Shown: positions 1 to 8,530 of the stretch, piece by piece
How the letters are laid out: each line of letters starts with the position of its first letter
How positions within the stretch are numbered: the stretch's first letter is position 1
NCBI GenBank assembly: GCA_003149635.1
Contig: QCWI01000015.1
Span: 13,635-77,634, forward strand
Origin: Fluviicola sp. XM-24bin1
GTDB lineage: Bacteria > Bacteroidota > Bacteroidia > Flavobacteriales_D > Crocinitomicaceae
Length of the DNA: 64,000 nt
Direction: 5' to 3'
The notes under the pieces: generated by a model
What the model saw: the letters and a program-made list of their open reading frames with translations, nothing else
Databases searched by the model: none
What the model was told of the DNA's origin: nothing
Translations under genes and position numbers: made by a program

Positions 1-354
1 CTTTGGACAAATACCTGCTGCAGTCATCCAAGAGCAGGCGAAACTGTTCTCGAAGCAGCAAACCGTCGATTGATGGAAGAAATGGGAATTGAAGCTGAAA
101 TGCAGCCAGAATTTAGTTTTATCTATCGTGCAGAATTAGATAATGATCTAACGGAATACGAATTGGATCATGTCGTTTTAGGAACCTTCAATGGAGAACC
201 GGTAATCAATCTGGAAGAAGTTGCAGCGTGGAAATATGTGTCCATGAAAGAAATCGAAGCTGATATGAAAGCGAACCCCGAAAATTATACTGCGTGGTTC
301 CGTATCGTATTCGATGAAGTTCACAACCGAACGCGAAATTATGCCGAAATCTGA
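1..354 (+). CDS. idi: Isopentenyl-diphosphate delta-isomerase, type 1 (Nudix); 5' end lies outside the window
   Basis: Frame 1 is open from base 1 and reads LWTNTCCSHPRAGE..LEAANRRL.EEMGI. The WTNTCCSHP motif and Nudix-like E-rich segment are typical of type-1 Idi. Stop TGA at 352-354. Confidence 0.85.
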   Translation, partial: LWTNTCCSHPRAGETVLEAANRRLMEEMGIEAEMQPEFSFIYRAELDNDLTEYELDHVVLGTFNGEPVINLEEVAAWKYVSMKEIEADMKANPENYTAWFRIVFDEVHNRTRNYAEI

Positions 355-1810
355 CTCCTACGACGTAGTAATTATCGGTGGTGGCGCCAGTGGCTTGGCC
401 TCAGCCATTCGATTAAAAAAGCGTTTCGATAAGATCTTACTCATTGAGAAGAATCCAAGAGCCGGAGGGAAACTGGATGATTTCGAATGGAACGGATTCC
501 GTTGGGATAAAGGCCCTTCGGTATTCACCGAACCGAACAATATCGATCAACTTTTTGAGCTTTGGGATAAAAATCCACGCGAGTATTTCAATTTCGAACC
601 GCTGGATGAATCTTGCACCTATTATTTTCCGGATCACAGCAGTATCACACTTTCATCGGATCATGAAAAGACGCGTGAGCAAATCGAATCCGTTGCGGGT
701 GCTAAAGGAAGAGAAGAATTTGAATCGTATTTGAAAGAAAGTGATGCGCTTTTCGAGAAAGTAGGTGATTATTTCATCTCCAATCCGCGTCCAACTGCCA
801 GAAAAGCATTCAAGAAGGAATTAACTTCTAAATACAAGCACTTTCTGCGAAAAGAAGTGCGCCAGTCGTTACACACTTTGAACGCGCGTAGCTTCTCCAG
901 CGAATACATGGTGAAGATTTTCGATCGATTCGGAACGTACATTGGTTCCAATCCTTATAAAATGTCAGGATTGTACAGCACAATCTCCCACGTAGAGATC
1001 AACAAAGGTGCTTACTTCCCGATTGGCGGTATGCGAGCCATCGTTGAATCGCTGATAACTCTTGCCAAGGAAATTGGCGTAGAAATCTTATGTGAAACAG
1101 AGGTTCAGGTTCAACCGCAATCTGACAAGACATACAAAATTACAGGAGACGTTCAAGTTACTGCAGACCGATTGATTTCTGCCATTGACCACATGACTTT
1201 CTACAACAAAATTTTGGTAGACTCTCGTATGGAAAATCGTTGGCGCAAGATTGAACGGAGTACCTCTGCCCTCGTTTTTTACTGGGCGATGGAGAAAGGC
1301 GTCAAGGAATTTGGCGTCCACAACATCTTTTTCTCGGAAGATTACCAAAAGGAATTTTCGGAACTCTTCGATCAGCGCCGATTGGCTGACGAACCCACGG
1401 TTTATATCCACATCAGTTCGGTAGCGCACAAAGAAGATGCCCCAAATGGCGGTCAGAATTGGTTCACCATGGTGAATGTTCCGGCAGGCGTTCTCCCCGA
1501 TGAAGCCTACCGCGAAAAAATGAAGGAAATGATCGCCAAAAGATTGAAAGATCAATTTGACTTTGATTTGCGCGAAGACATTTTATTCGAAGATTGGTGG
1601 GATTGTGATCGCATTCAAGAACATTCGGGAAGTTATATGGGAGCTTTGTATGGCCCGGCATCGAATTCATTGCTTTCATCAGTGAAGCGCCATGGTAATG
1701 TGAATCCAAAGTATCCGAATTTGTACTTCTGTGGAGGAACCGTGCATCCTGGAGGTGGAATTCCTCTCGTTTTGCGTTCCGCTAAAATTGTGAGCGAGTT
1801 AATTCCATGA
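341..1810 (+). CDS. Phytoene desaturase-family FAD oxidoreductase (CrtI/CrtD family; CrtD-like candidate by context)
   Basis: N-terminal Rossmann motif DVVIIGGGASGLASAIRL and C-terminal YFCGGTVHPGGGIPLVLRSAK are typical of CrtI/CrtD. I prefer the ATG at 341 (MPKSDSYDVVIIGGG), which overlaps idi by 14 nt. The ORF track starts at 314. Confidence 0.8.
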   Translation: MPKSDSYDVVIIGGGASGLASAIRLKKRFDKILLIEKNPRAGGKLDDFEWNGFRWDKGPSVFTEPNNIDQLFELWDKNPREYFNFEPLDESCTYYFPDHSSITLSSDHEKTREQIESVAGAKGREEFESYLKESDALFEKVGDYFISNPRPTARKAFKKELTSKYKHFLRKEVRQSLHTLNARSFSSEYMVKIFDRFGTYIGSNPYKMSGLYSTISHVEINKGAYFPIGGMRAIVESLITLAKEIGVEILCETEVQVQPQSDKTYKITGDVQVTADRLISAIDHMTFYNKILVDSRMENRWRKIERSTSALVFYWAMEKGVKEFGVHNIFFSEDYQKEFSELFDQRRLADEPTVYIHISSVAHKEDAPNGGQNWFTMVNVPAGVLPDEAYREKMKEMIAKRLKDQFDFDLREDILFEDWWDCDRIQEHSGSYMGALYGPASNSLLSSVKRHGNVNPKYPNLYFCGGTVHPGGGIPLVLRSAKIVSELIP

Positions 1811-2421
1811 AGTTAGTTCAGAAATACGGTGTTTGGCTCTTATTGCTCTTCCACATCATTGGATACATTTTGTTTATTCAAGATGCCGAGAATGCAAAAT
1901 TGACCTACATGAATATCTGGTTGTGCGGAACGGTCGTTTTCTTTTCAGAAAAGCTGGAACCACGGGCGTTTATCCCTTTAATCATCATTTTCGGCGGTGG
2001 ATATCTTGCGGAATTATCTGGCGTTCATACAGGTGTGCTTTTTGGTGAATATCAATACGGAGAAGCGCTAGGATTACCACTATTTGGAATTCCAATCGTG
2101 ATGGGGATGAACTGGTATGCAGCAGTTGTAACGAGTTCATCACTCGCTATCCGCATTGTGAAAAACAAATGGCTTCAGGCATTATTGGCAGCCGCGCTTT
2201 GCACGGGATTGGACATACTCATTGAACCGGTAGCCATCAAATACGACTTCTGGGCTTGGGGTGGCGGAGATATTCCGATTCAGAATTACATCGCTTGGTT
2301 CGGATTCTCCTTTATTTTTGCCTTGGTCTACGTGTTCAATACGCGGGTTAAAAACAATACTGCCACGGGATTGTGGTTTATTTGGCTAGCCTTTTTCTTA
2401 TTATTAAATTTCACAGGATGA
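1807..2421 (+). CDS. Carotenoid biosynthesis membrane protein (DUF422/Caroten_synth family, CruF-like 1',2'-hydratase candidate)
   Basis: 204-aa polytopic membrane protein between a CrtD-like gene and crtZ. Its start overlaps the upstream stop (ATGA at 1807-1810). The family assignment rests on context plus general resemblance. Confidence 0.55.
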   Translation: MKLVQKYGVWLLLLFHIIGYILFIQDAENAKLTYMNIWLCGTVVFFSEKLEPRAFIPLIIIFGGGYLAELSGVHTGVLFGEYQYGEALGLPLFGIPIVMGMNWYAAVVTSSSLAIRIVKNKWLQALLAAALCTGLDILIEPVAIKYDFWAWGGGDIPIQNYIAWFGFSFIFALVYVFNTRVKNNTATGLWFIWLAFFLLLNFTG

Positions 2422-2858
2422 TCGCATTTATCGCAGCATTGATATTGGCTTTTGTTTTAATGGAGGGCGCCGCTTGGGGAGCTCACAAATACCTCATGCA
2501 TGGATTTATGTGGAAGATCCATGAGGATCATCACAAGCCGACGGGACACGTTTTCCAAAAGAATGATTTGTTCTTTATGATTTTTGCCGTCCCATCATGG
2601 CTTTGTATCATGTTGGGAGTGATTTACGGGGCAAACTTCTCTATTGGATTCGGTGCGGGAATCGCTGTGTACGGTGTTGTGTACTTCTTGGTGCACGATG
2701 TATTAATTCACCGCCGATTTAAGTGGTTTGACAAAACGCAGAATCGCTATTTCAAGGCCATTCGTAAAGCACACAAGGTTCACCACAAGAATCAAGGCAA
2801 GGAAGACGGCGAATGCTTCGGAATGCTTCTCGTACCTCGCAAATACTTCAAAGCTTGA
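2418..2858 (+). CDS. crtZ: Beta-carotene 3-hydroxylase (fatty acid hydroxylase superfamily)
   Basis: Histidine boxes HKYLMH, HEDHH, HDVLIH and HKVHH sit in a ~146-aa membrane protein. ATG at 2418 overlaps the upstream TGA (ATGA). The ORF-track start at 2373 would overlap the previous gene. Confidence 0.85.
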   Translation: MIAFIAALILAFVLMEGAAWGAHKYLMHGFMWKIHEDHHKPTGHVFQKNDLFFMIFAVPSWLCIMLGVIYGANFSIGFGAGIAVYGVVYFLVHDVLIHRRFKWFDKTQNRYFKAIRKAHKVHHKNQGKEDGECFGMLLVPRKYFKA

Positions 2859-3571
2859 AAGGACTTTACCTAATATTGGATGTCATCACGCTGCTATGCC
2901 CGGTGATACTGAGTTTTGACAATCGTGTTCGATATTTCAAATCATGGGGAAATGTATTCATCGTAAGCACCATCATTGCCATCCCATTTCTCGTTTGGGA
3001 TATCATTTTTACAGAGGAAGGCGTTTGGGGCTTTAATCCAGAATATTTGGTCGGAATCTCTCTATTCGGATTACCTATCGAAGAAATTCTATTCTTTTGG
3101 GTCGTTCCATTAGCGTGCGTATTCGTGTACGAATGTTGTAAGTTCTATTTCCGAAAGTTCAATTGGCGCTGGACGAACATGGCAATTCAAGCAGGTGTAC
3201 TCGGCTATTTGATATTCTTAAGCAGCGAAAATCCATCCGGTTGGTACACGTTGACAACCATCATCGCTACGGTGATCACCATGTACTTTTGGTTCAATTC
3301 CCGAAAGTATGCGCAAATTGGAGTAGCTTATATCCTTTGCTTAATCCCATTCTTGATTATCAATGGCGTTTTAACGGGCAGTTGGATTGAAGAACCTATC
3401 GTATGGTACAATTCCAATCACTTTTCTGACGTGCGCATGGGCACAATTCCTATGGAAGATGCTATGTACGGCTTCTCTCTTATCGTATCCAACATCCTGT
3501 TGCACGAAAAGCTCATGCAGTGGAAAGGAACCAAAAGTTTCTCCACTCAGAAGGTAGAATCGATGACCTAA
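2855..3571 (+). CDS. Lycopene cyclase domain-containing protein (fused CrtYc/CrtYd-type)
   Basis: Polytopic membrane protein of about 240 aa in a carotenoid operon. TTG at 2855 overlaps the crtZ TGA (TTGA) and gives MKGLYLILDVITLLCPVILSFDNRV, a typical N-terminus. The alternative ATG at 2813 would overlap crtZ by 46 nt. Confidence 0.65.
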   Translation: MKGLYLILDVITLLCPVILSFDNRVRYFKSWGNVFIVSTIIAIPFLVWDIIFTEEGVWGFNPEYLVGISLFGLPIEEILFFWVVPLACVFVYECCKFYFRKFNWRWTNMAIQAGVLGYLIFLSSENPSGWYTLTTIIATVITMYFWFNSRKYAQIGVAYILCLIPFLIINGVLTGSWIEEPIVWYNSNHFSDVRMGTIPMEDAMYGFSLIVSNILLHEKLMQWKGTKSFSTQKVESMT

Positions 3572-4068
3572 TGAAGAAAATTGGTTTGCTTTCCGATACA
3601 CACGGTTATCTTGACCCGAAAATCTTCGAGTATTTCAAGGACGTTGATGAAGTCTGGCATGCAGGTGATGTCGGCACAGTGGATGTTATCGATGAATTGA
3701 GGGCGTTCAAACCAACGCGAGGTGTTTATGGAAATATTGATGCGGCGGATGTAAGACAGGAATTCCCAGAGCACATTCGCTTCCAATGCGAAGACGTGGA
3801 GGTGTTGATAACACATATTGCAGGCAAACCAGGTAAGTACGCCAAACCTGCATATGAATTGCTACAAGAAAAAGCGCCCAAGCTCTTTGTTTGCGGACAT
3901 TCGCACATCCTTTTAGTGAAGAACGATCCGCATTATGATATGCTTTGGATGAACCCTGGAGCCTGTGGATACAAAGGCTTTCATCAGGTCAAAACCATCC
4001 TTCGATTCTGCATTACGAAAGACCGAATTCACGATTTAGAAGTAATCGAATTAGGAAATCGCGCATGA
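3571..4068 (+). CDS. Metallophosphoesterase family protein (YfcE/MJ0936-like)
   Basis: Motifs LSDTHG, HAGD, GNID and GHSH are present. ATG at 3571 shares a base with the upstream TAA (3569-3571). Confidence 0.8.
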   Translation: MKKIGLLSDTHGYLDPKIFEYFKDVDEVWHAGDVGTVDVIDELRAFKPTRGVYGNIDAADVRQEFPEHIRFQCEDVEVLITHIAGKPGKYAKPAYELLQEKAPKLFVCGHSHILLVKNDPHYDMLWMNPGACGYKGFHQVKTILRFCITKDRIHDLEVIELGNRA

Positions 4069-4106
4069 AATGAAATTTTTCACTTTTCTTTGCGTTAATC
4101 ATCTGA

Positions 4107-5150
4107 ATGAAAACAAAACTTCTCCTTTCTGTTTGCCTGTTATGGGCGATTCCGAACGCAATTGGACAGACTGGCGGTAACAACGCCTTCGCTTTCCTCG
4201 ACTTGACATATAACGCGCGTCAGATGGGATTGGCGAACGATTTTATCTCGGTAATGGACGCAGACATCAATATTGGTGTGGCGAATCCGGCAATGCTCAA
4301 TCCAGAAATGCACAACATGCTCAGCGTGAACCAGGCGTTACTTCCTGGAGGAATTAATGTCGGAATGGGAAGCTACGGTTTCGGATTTAAGGACAAAGGA
4401 ACGATGTCCGGCTTTGTTAAATATGTAAGCTACGGAACTTTCCAACGGACATCTGCTAATGGAACGCAAGAAGGAACCTTCTCTCCTGTTGAAATGATTG
4501 CTGGAGCAGGATATGGACAGCAATTGAACGAGCGTCTATCGGTAGGAGCGAATTTCTACGCCATTTTCTCTGCACTAGAGAATTATTCATCGTTTGGAGC
4601 AGCTATTGACTTGGCAGGAACCTACTACGACAAAGAACGAGAATTTGCTTTAACTGCATTAGTCAAAAATGCTGGTTTTCAATTCAATACCTACACAAAA
4701 AGTTCAACGCGAGCACAACTTCCTGTAGAATTTCAAATGGCGGCATCGTATAAATTACCGCATGCTCCATTCCGATTTTCGTTGTTAGGGCACCATTTAA
4801 ATCAATGGGACATCACCTACAATGATCCAAACTTACAACCAACGGTAGACGCGCTAACTGGAGATACGATTCCTGTTCCACGCGCCAATTTCGGAGAGAA
4901 GCTCGCTCGACACTTTACTTATCAGGTAGAAACCATTATATCGGATAATATCCACCTCCGCCTAGGATTCGACTACCATAGAAGGAGGGAGTTGGCACTT
5001 TCTCAACGGCCGGGAGCAGCTGGATTCTCGGTAGGTTTAGGCCTATACTTCAATAAATTCCGCCTAGATTATGGCTTCTTAATCAACTCGCGAGCTGGAT
5101 TCAACAACATAATTACCTTTTCAACCCAACTCGATAAGTGGCGGAAATAG
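4107..5150 (+). CDS. porQ: Type IX secretion system outer-membrane protein PorQ
   Basis: Signal peptide, then GGNNAFAFLDL.YNARQMGLA, with a beta-barrel-like alternating pattern to the C-terminus. This matches my recollection of the PorQ (Bac_Flav_fam_1) family. Confidence 0.65.
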   Translation: MKTKLLLSVCLLWAIPNAIGQTGGNNAFAFLDLTYNARQMGLANDFISVMDADINIGVANPAMLNPEMHNMLSVNQALLPGGINVGMGSYGFGFKDKGTMSGFVKYVSYGTFQRTSANGTQEGTFSPVEMIAGAGYGQQLNERLSVGANFYAIFSALENYSSFGAAIDLAGTYYDKEREFALTALVKNAGFQFNTYTKSSTRAQLPVEFQMAASYKLPHAPFRFSLLGHHLNQWDITYNDPNLQPTVDALTGDTIPVPRANFGEKLARHFTYQVETIISDNIHLRLGFDYHRRRELALSQRPGAAGFSVGLGLYFNKFRLDYGFLINSRAGFNNIITFSTQLDKWRK

Positions 5151-5281
5151 CCATGCTAAAAGGGTTAACTACTCATTAAATTATATTTAGATCAGTTATA
5201 AACTGTCAATTGTTTGTATTTTTTTGAAACCTTTTTGAAGAAAGTTGAGTACATTAGGTCTGAACCAAACATTTAATTTTT

Positions 5282-5980
5282 ATGAAAAAGCTAACATTAA
5301 TGGTAGGTGCGTTTTTACTATCTACCATGTCATTTGGCCAAAGCATGGATACTCCTATGTCTCTTGAAGGCGTATTGAGTTTCAATGGATCATCTCTTGA
5401 ATGGACCGCTCCTACACTTCGTTTCCGTTACTTCGTAAATGAAAACATCGCTGGACGCGTTCAGTTGGGTCTTGGTGATGGAATGGGAACACCAGCATCT
5501 GAATCATGGACCTTCTATGAAAATGGAGATGGTACAGGTGCAACAGGTACTGCTGAAATCAATCGCGGTGCATGGAACGCTCAAATTGGAGGTGAATACC
5601 ACATGAGTGCTACGGACCGTTTGTCGCCTTACTTCATGTTGGGAATCAACTTCGGTGGAGGAAGCTACAGCGAAACTTGGACAGAATCTGACGGAACTCA
5701 GTACGCTCAAGGACTTTCTGCTCAAGTAGATGCTACATCATCTATGTTCGGAGTTGGAGTTGGTGCAGGTGTTGATTTCTACCTAGTAGAAAACTTATAC
5801 GCTGGATTGGAACTTGGACTTTCGTACAACAGCATGAGCATGAGTGATGTAACTACTACTGTTACTCAAACAGCTGGTGGTGTTTCTACTACAACTACGA
5901 CAGTTGGAGGAAATGCATCTATGACAATGATTGGAACAGGAGCTACTACAGCTGCTTTCCGTCTTGGATGGAGATTCTAA
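5282..5980 (+). CDS. Outer-membrane beta-barrel (porin-family) protein
   Basis: Signal peptide (MKKLTLMVGAFLLSTMSFGQ), Gly/Thr-rich alternating beta-strand pattern and C-terminal aromatic residue (..LGWRF). A strong terminator follows. Confidence 0.5.
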   Translation: MKKLTLMVGAFLLSTMSFGQSMDTPMSLEGVLSFNGSSLEWTAPTLRFRYFVNENIAGRVQLGLGDGMGTPASESWTFYENGDGTGATGTAEINRGAWNAQIGGEYHMSATDRLSPYFMLGINFGGGSYSETWTESDGTQYAQGLSAQVDATSSMFGVGVGAGVDFYLVENLYAGLELGLSYNSMSMSDVTTTVTQTAGGVSTTTTTVGGNASMTMIGTGATTAAFRLGWRF

Positions 5981-6000
5981 GAATCAAACATAATTTGAAA

Positions 6001-6033
6001 ATCCCGGTTCGTTTACGGATCGGGATTTTTTTT
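6001..6033 (+). terminator. Rho-independent terminator
   Basis: 11-bp stem atcccggttcg / cggatcgggat with loop ttta, followed by T7. Confidence 0.8.
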
Positions 6034-6132
6034 GCCCCTACCTTATGCCATTCGAATTAATTACTTGTTTCTTGAAACAATTCCCCTACTCTATATTAAA
6101 CACCACTGAACAATTTCCTTTATCTTTGTTAT

Positions 6133-6837
6133 GTGTCGCGCCGAGATAAAATAGTAGTTGCAATTGATGGATTCTCCTCTTGCGGAAAAAGTACTCTGGC
6201 CCGAGAGCTTGCCAAGCAATTACATTACGTTTTTATCGACAGCGGCGCCATGTACCGTGGAATTACACTCTACGCCATCAGAAATGGCTGTGTTCACGGA
6301 AGCGAATTGGATCGTGGGAAATTGATTCAGCAACTCGGAGACATCCATCTTTCTTTTAAATTAAATCCAGAAACACAGAAGCCAGAATTGCATTTGAACG
6401 GCGAGAATGTGGAGAAGGAAATCAGAACGCCAGAAGTGGCAGCACAGGTATCTCAAGTAGCCACTATTAAGGAGGTACGCACAAAATTGGTCGATCAACA
6501 ACGTGAAATGGGTAAAAATGGTGGCGTTGTAATGGACGGTCGCGATATTGGCTCCGTTGTATTTCCAAATGCCGAATTAAAGCTCTTCATCACTGCTGAA
6601 ATTGAAACACGTGTACAACGACGCTATCTCGAATTGCAAGATAAAGGACTTGAAGTGGAAAAAGATGAAGTACGAGCCAATTTATTAGAAAGAGATCGTA
6701 TTGATTCTACAAGGAAAGAAAGTCCTCTGATTCAAACGGAAGATGCAGTCGTAATAGACAATACAAACATGACGCGATCGGAACAATTGGAACTGGCTTT
6801 GGAGCTAGTTGAAAAAAAAATCGTAACATTAGCATAA
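6133..6837 (+). CDS. cmk: (d)CMP kinase
   Basis: IAIDGFSSCGKSTLARELA P-loop and a DGRDIG motif. GTG start at 6133, because the ATG at 6131 is out of frame and short. Confidence 0.9.
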   Translation: MSRRDKIVVAIDGFSSCGKSTLARELAKQLHYVFIDSGAMYRGITLYAIRNGCVHGSELDRGKLIQQLGDIHLSFKLNPETQKPELHLNGENVEKEIRTPEVAAQVSQVATIKEVRTKLVDQQREMGKNGGVVMDGRDIGSVVFPNAELKLFITAEIETRVQRRYLELQDKGLEVEKDEVRANLLERDRIDSTRKESPLIQTEDAVVIDNTNMTRSEQLELALELVEKKIVTLA

Positions 6838-6907
6838 ATTCTTGTTTATAAATTAACAGTAAGTCAAATTATTCTCTAGATTTACCGCTACACTAACGAA
6901 AATCAAC

Positions 6908-7570
6908 ATGAGTTCTATAAGCCGTGTCACAGAAGACATTATTAACAGAAGCCCATTCTTGCGTGAGGCAATGACCGAAAACCTGATTAACATTTCGGCA
7001 CTTGCTCGTAAAATCAAACCTGAAATTGAAAAAGTTACGGGAAAGGATATCAAGGAAGGCGCTATTGTAATGGCTATTAAACGAATGACGCCTGGTGTGT
7101 ATCACAAATTAGACGTTCGTATTAATAATGTAATCGGTGGGATTGGTGACTTCCTAGTTCGTAGCGACCTTGTTGATTTTACCTACGAAAATTCGGATTC
7201 TTTACGTGAAGCTCAGGGTGATTTGATTCAAACCATCCGTCAGGATAAGGATTCTTTTTTCACGGTTTGTCGTGGAATTACAGAAACAACATACATCCTC
7301 AACTCTAAATTTACAGAGGAAGCGAAGCAAATCTTCAGAAATGAACGATTGAAAGCGCATACAAAAGATCTTTCATCGATTACGGTTAAACTTCCTGAAA
7401 CGAATACGGAAACGTACGGGGTGTACTATTACATCATGAAGCACCTTGCCTGGGAAGGAATCAATATTGAACAGGTAGTATCAACTGCTAACGAATTCAC
7501 GGCAATTGTAGCTTCACAAGATATTGATGAAGCCTTTAAAATCTTGATGCAATTGAAGCGCAGTACTTAA
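6908..7570 (+). CDS. ACT domain-containing protein (aspartokinase-like regulatory domain)
   Basis: The C-terminal segment YYIMKHLAWEGINIEQVVSTANEFTAIVASQDIDEAFKILMQL resembles ACT domains. No catalytic motif was recognised. Confidence 0.45.
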   Translation: MSSISRVTEDIINRSPFLREAMTENLINISALARKIKPEIEKVTGKDIKEGAIVMAIKRMTPGVYHKLDVRINNVIGGIGDFLVRSDLVDFTYENSDSLREAQGDLIQTIRQDKDSFFTVCRGITETTYILNSKFTEEAKQIFRNERLKAHTKDLSSITVKLPETNTETYGVYYYIMKHLAWEGINIEQVVSTANEFTAIVASQDIDEAFKILMQLKRST

Positions 7571-7767
7571 GCTGCTGCTTCGTTGTTTTTACACTGCTCT
7601 TCCGGACGTGCTCCGCACAATCCACATGCAGCTCCTTCTTCTTGAAGCAAAGGGTTGTTACTTGCGCATGTTCCCGCGAACTCCCCATCTTTCTTCGCCC
7701 AAATTTTGATTGCGATTCCGGCGAACGCCAATGCTAACAATCCAATTGAAATAAGAACCAATCCCAT
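7567..7767 (-). CDS. Small Cys-rich single-pass membrane protein (hypothetical)
   Basis: 66 aa: one TM helix (GLVLISIGLLALAFAGIAIKIW), then four Cys (C-x14-C-x2-C-x9-C). Its stop overlaps the convergent upstream gene's stop (cttaag). Confidence 0.45.
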   Translation of the reverse strand: MGLVLISIGLLALAFAGIAIKIWAKKDGEFAGTCASNNPLLQEEGAACGLCGARPEEQCKNNEAAA

Positions 7768-7792
7768 GCTTTGTAATTTTCTACAAAGGTAC

Positions 7793-8530
7793 TTAATTTT
7801 TATCGATCAAAGTACCGGATCCAAGCTCTGAAGCATCAAGTGAATTCGGATTTCCGATATACCAGACATCGCCCGTGGATTGCAATTGAATGTTACAATC
7901 AGCGCCTTCGGTATTGATTTTCAAGAGTCCAGCTGTGTTCGAAATGACATCGACAGTATTAGAAACATTCAAATCGTAGGTGGATCCGAAACCATTACTA
8001 CGAATGTTCAATGTCAACGTTGCGGTATTTCCTGAGAAATCGAAATTCCCCCAACCGTTTGTAATTGTGAGGCTTACGTTGTTGTAATCAAGATCTAAAT
8101 CCATTAATCCTGCTCCGTCACGGATGACAATTACCAAGTTATTTCCTGAAATCGTTCCTTGAGTCGTCATGGGTTTTGTCCCTTCAAATTCTATAAAGGA
8201 AATCCCTGTATAATGCACTTCTACAGTTACTTCGTGTTTGTACGAGCGAAGGAAATTGCATTTGTTTTCGTTAAAAATGCGTAAAACACCATCATTGATG
8301 TCAGAAGTAATAAAGTTGACCAAATTCGCCCCTCCTTTAATCACCACTTTATCTTCAGTATCCTGAATGAGCACAATATTGATGTTCGGCCCGATAAACA
8401 ATCCATGGAAAGCCCCTAGCTCGCGTGTTACTTCCGTTTCAGGGCCAGCGCTTTTCATACAACGGCGATCTTCCGCTTTTTTACATCCGATAAAGACAAA
8501 TACGACCGATATGACTGCTATCCACTTCAT
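7793..8530 (-). CDS. Lipoprotein with DUF2807/GIN-head (putative auto-transporter adhesin head) repeats
   Basis: Lipobox VFIGC. Repeated beta-helix-like segments (ITNGWGNFDFSGN, NIRSNGFGSTYDL, LQSTGDVWYIGNP) are typical of DUF2807. Confidence 0.5.
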   Translation of the reverse strand: MKWIAVISVVFVFIGCKKAEDRRCMKSAGPETEVTRELGAFHGLFIGPNINIVLIQDTEDKVVIKGGANLVNFITSDINDGVLRIFNENKCNFLRSYKHEVTVEVHYTGISFIEFEGTKPMTTQGTISGNNLVIVIRDGAGLMDLDLDYNNVSLTITNGWGNFDFSGNTATLTLNIRSNGFGSTYDLNVSNTVDVISNTAGLLKINTEGADCNIQLQSTGDVWYIGNPNSLDASELGSGTLIDKN

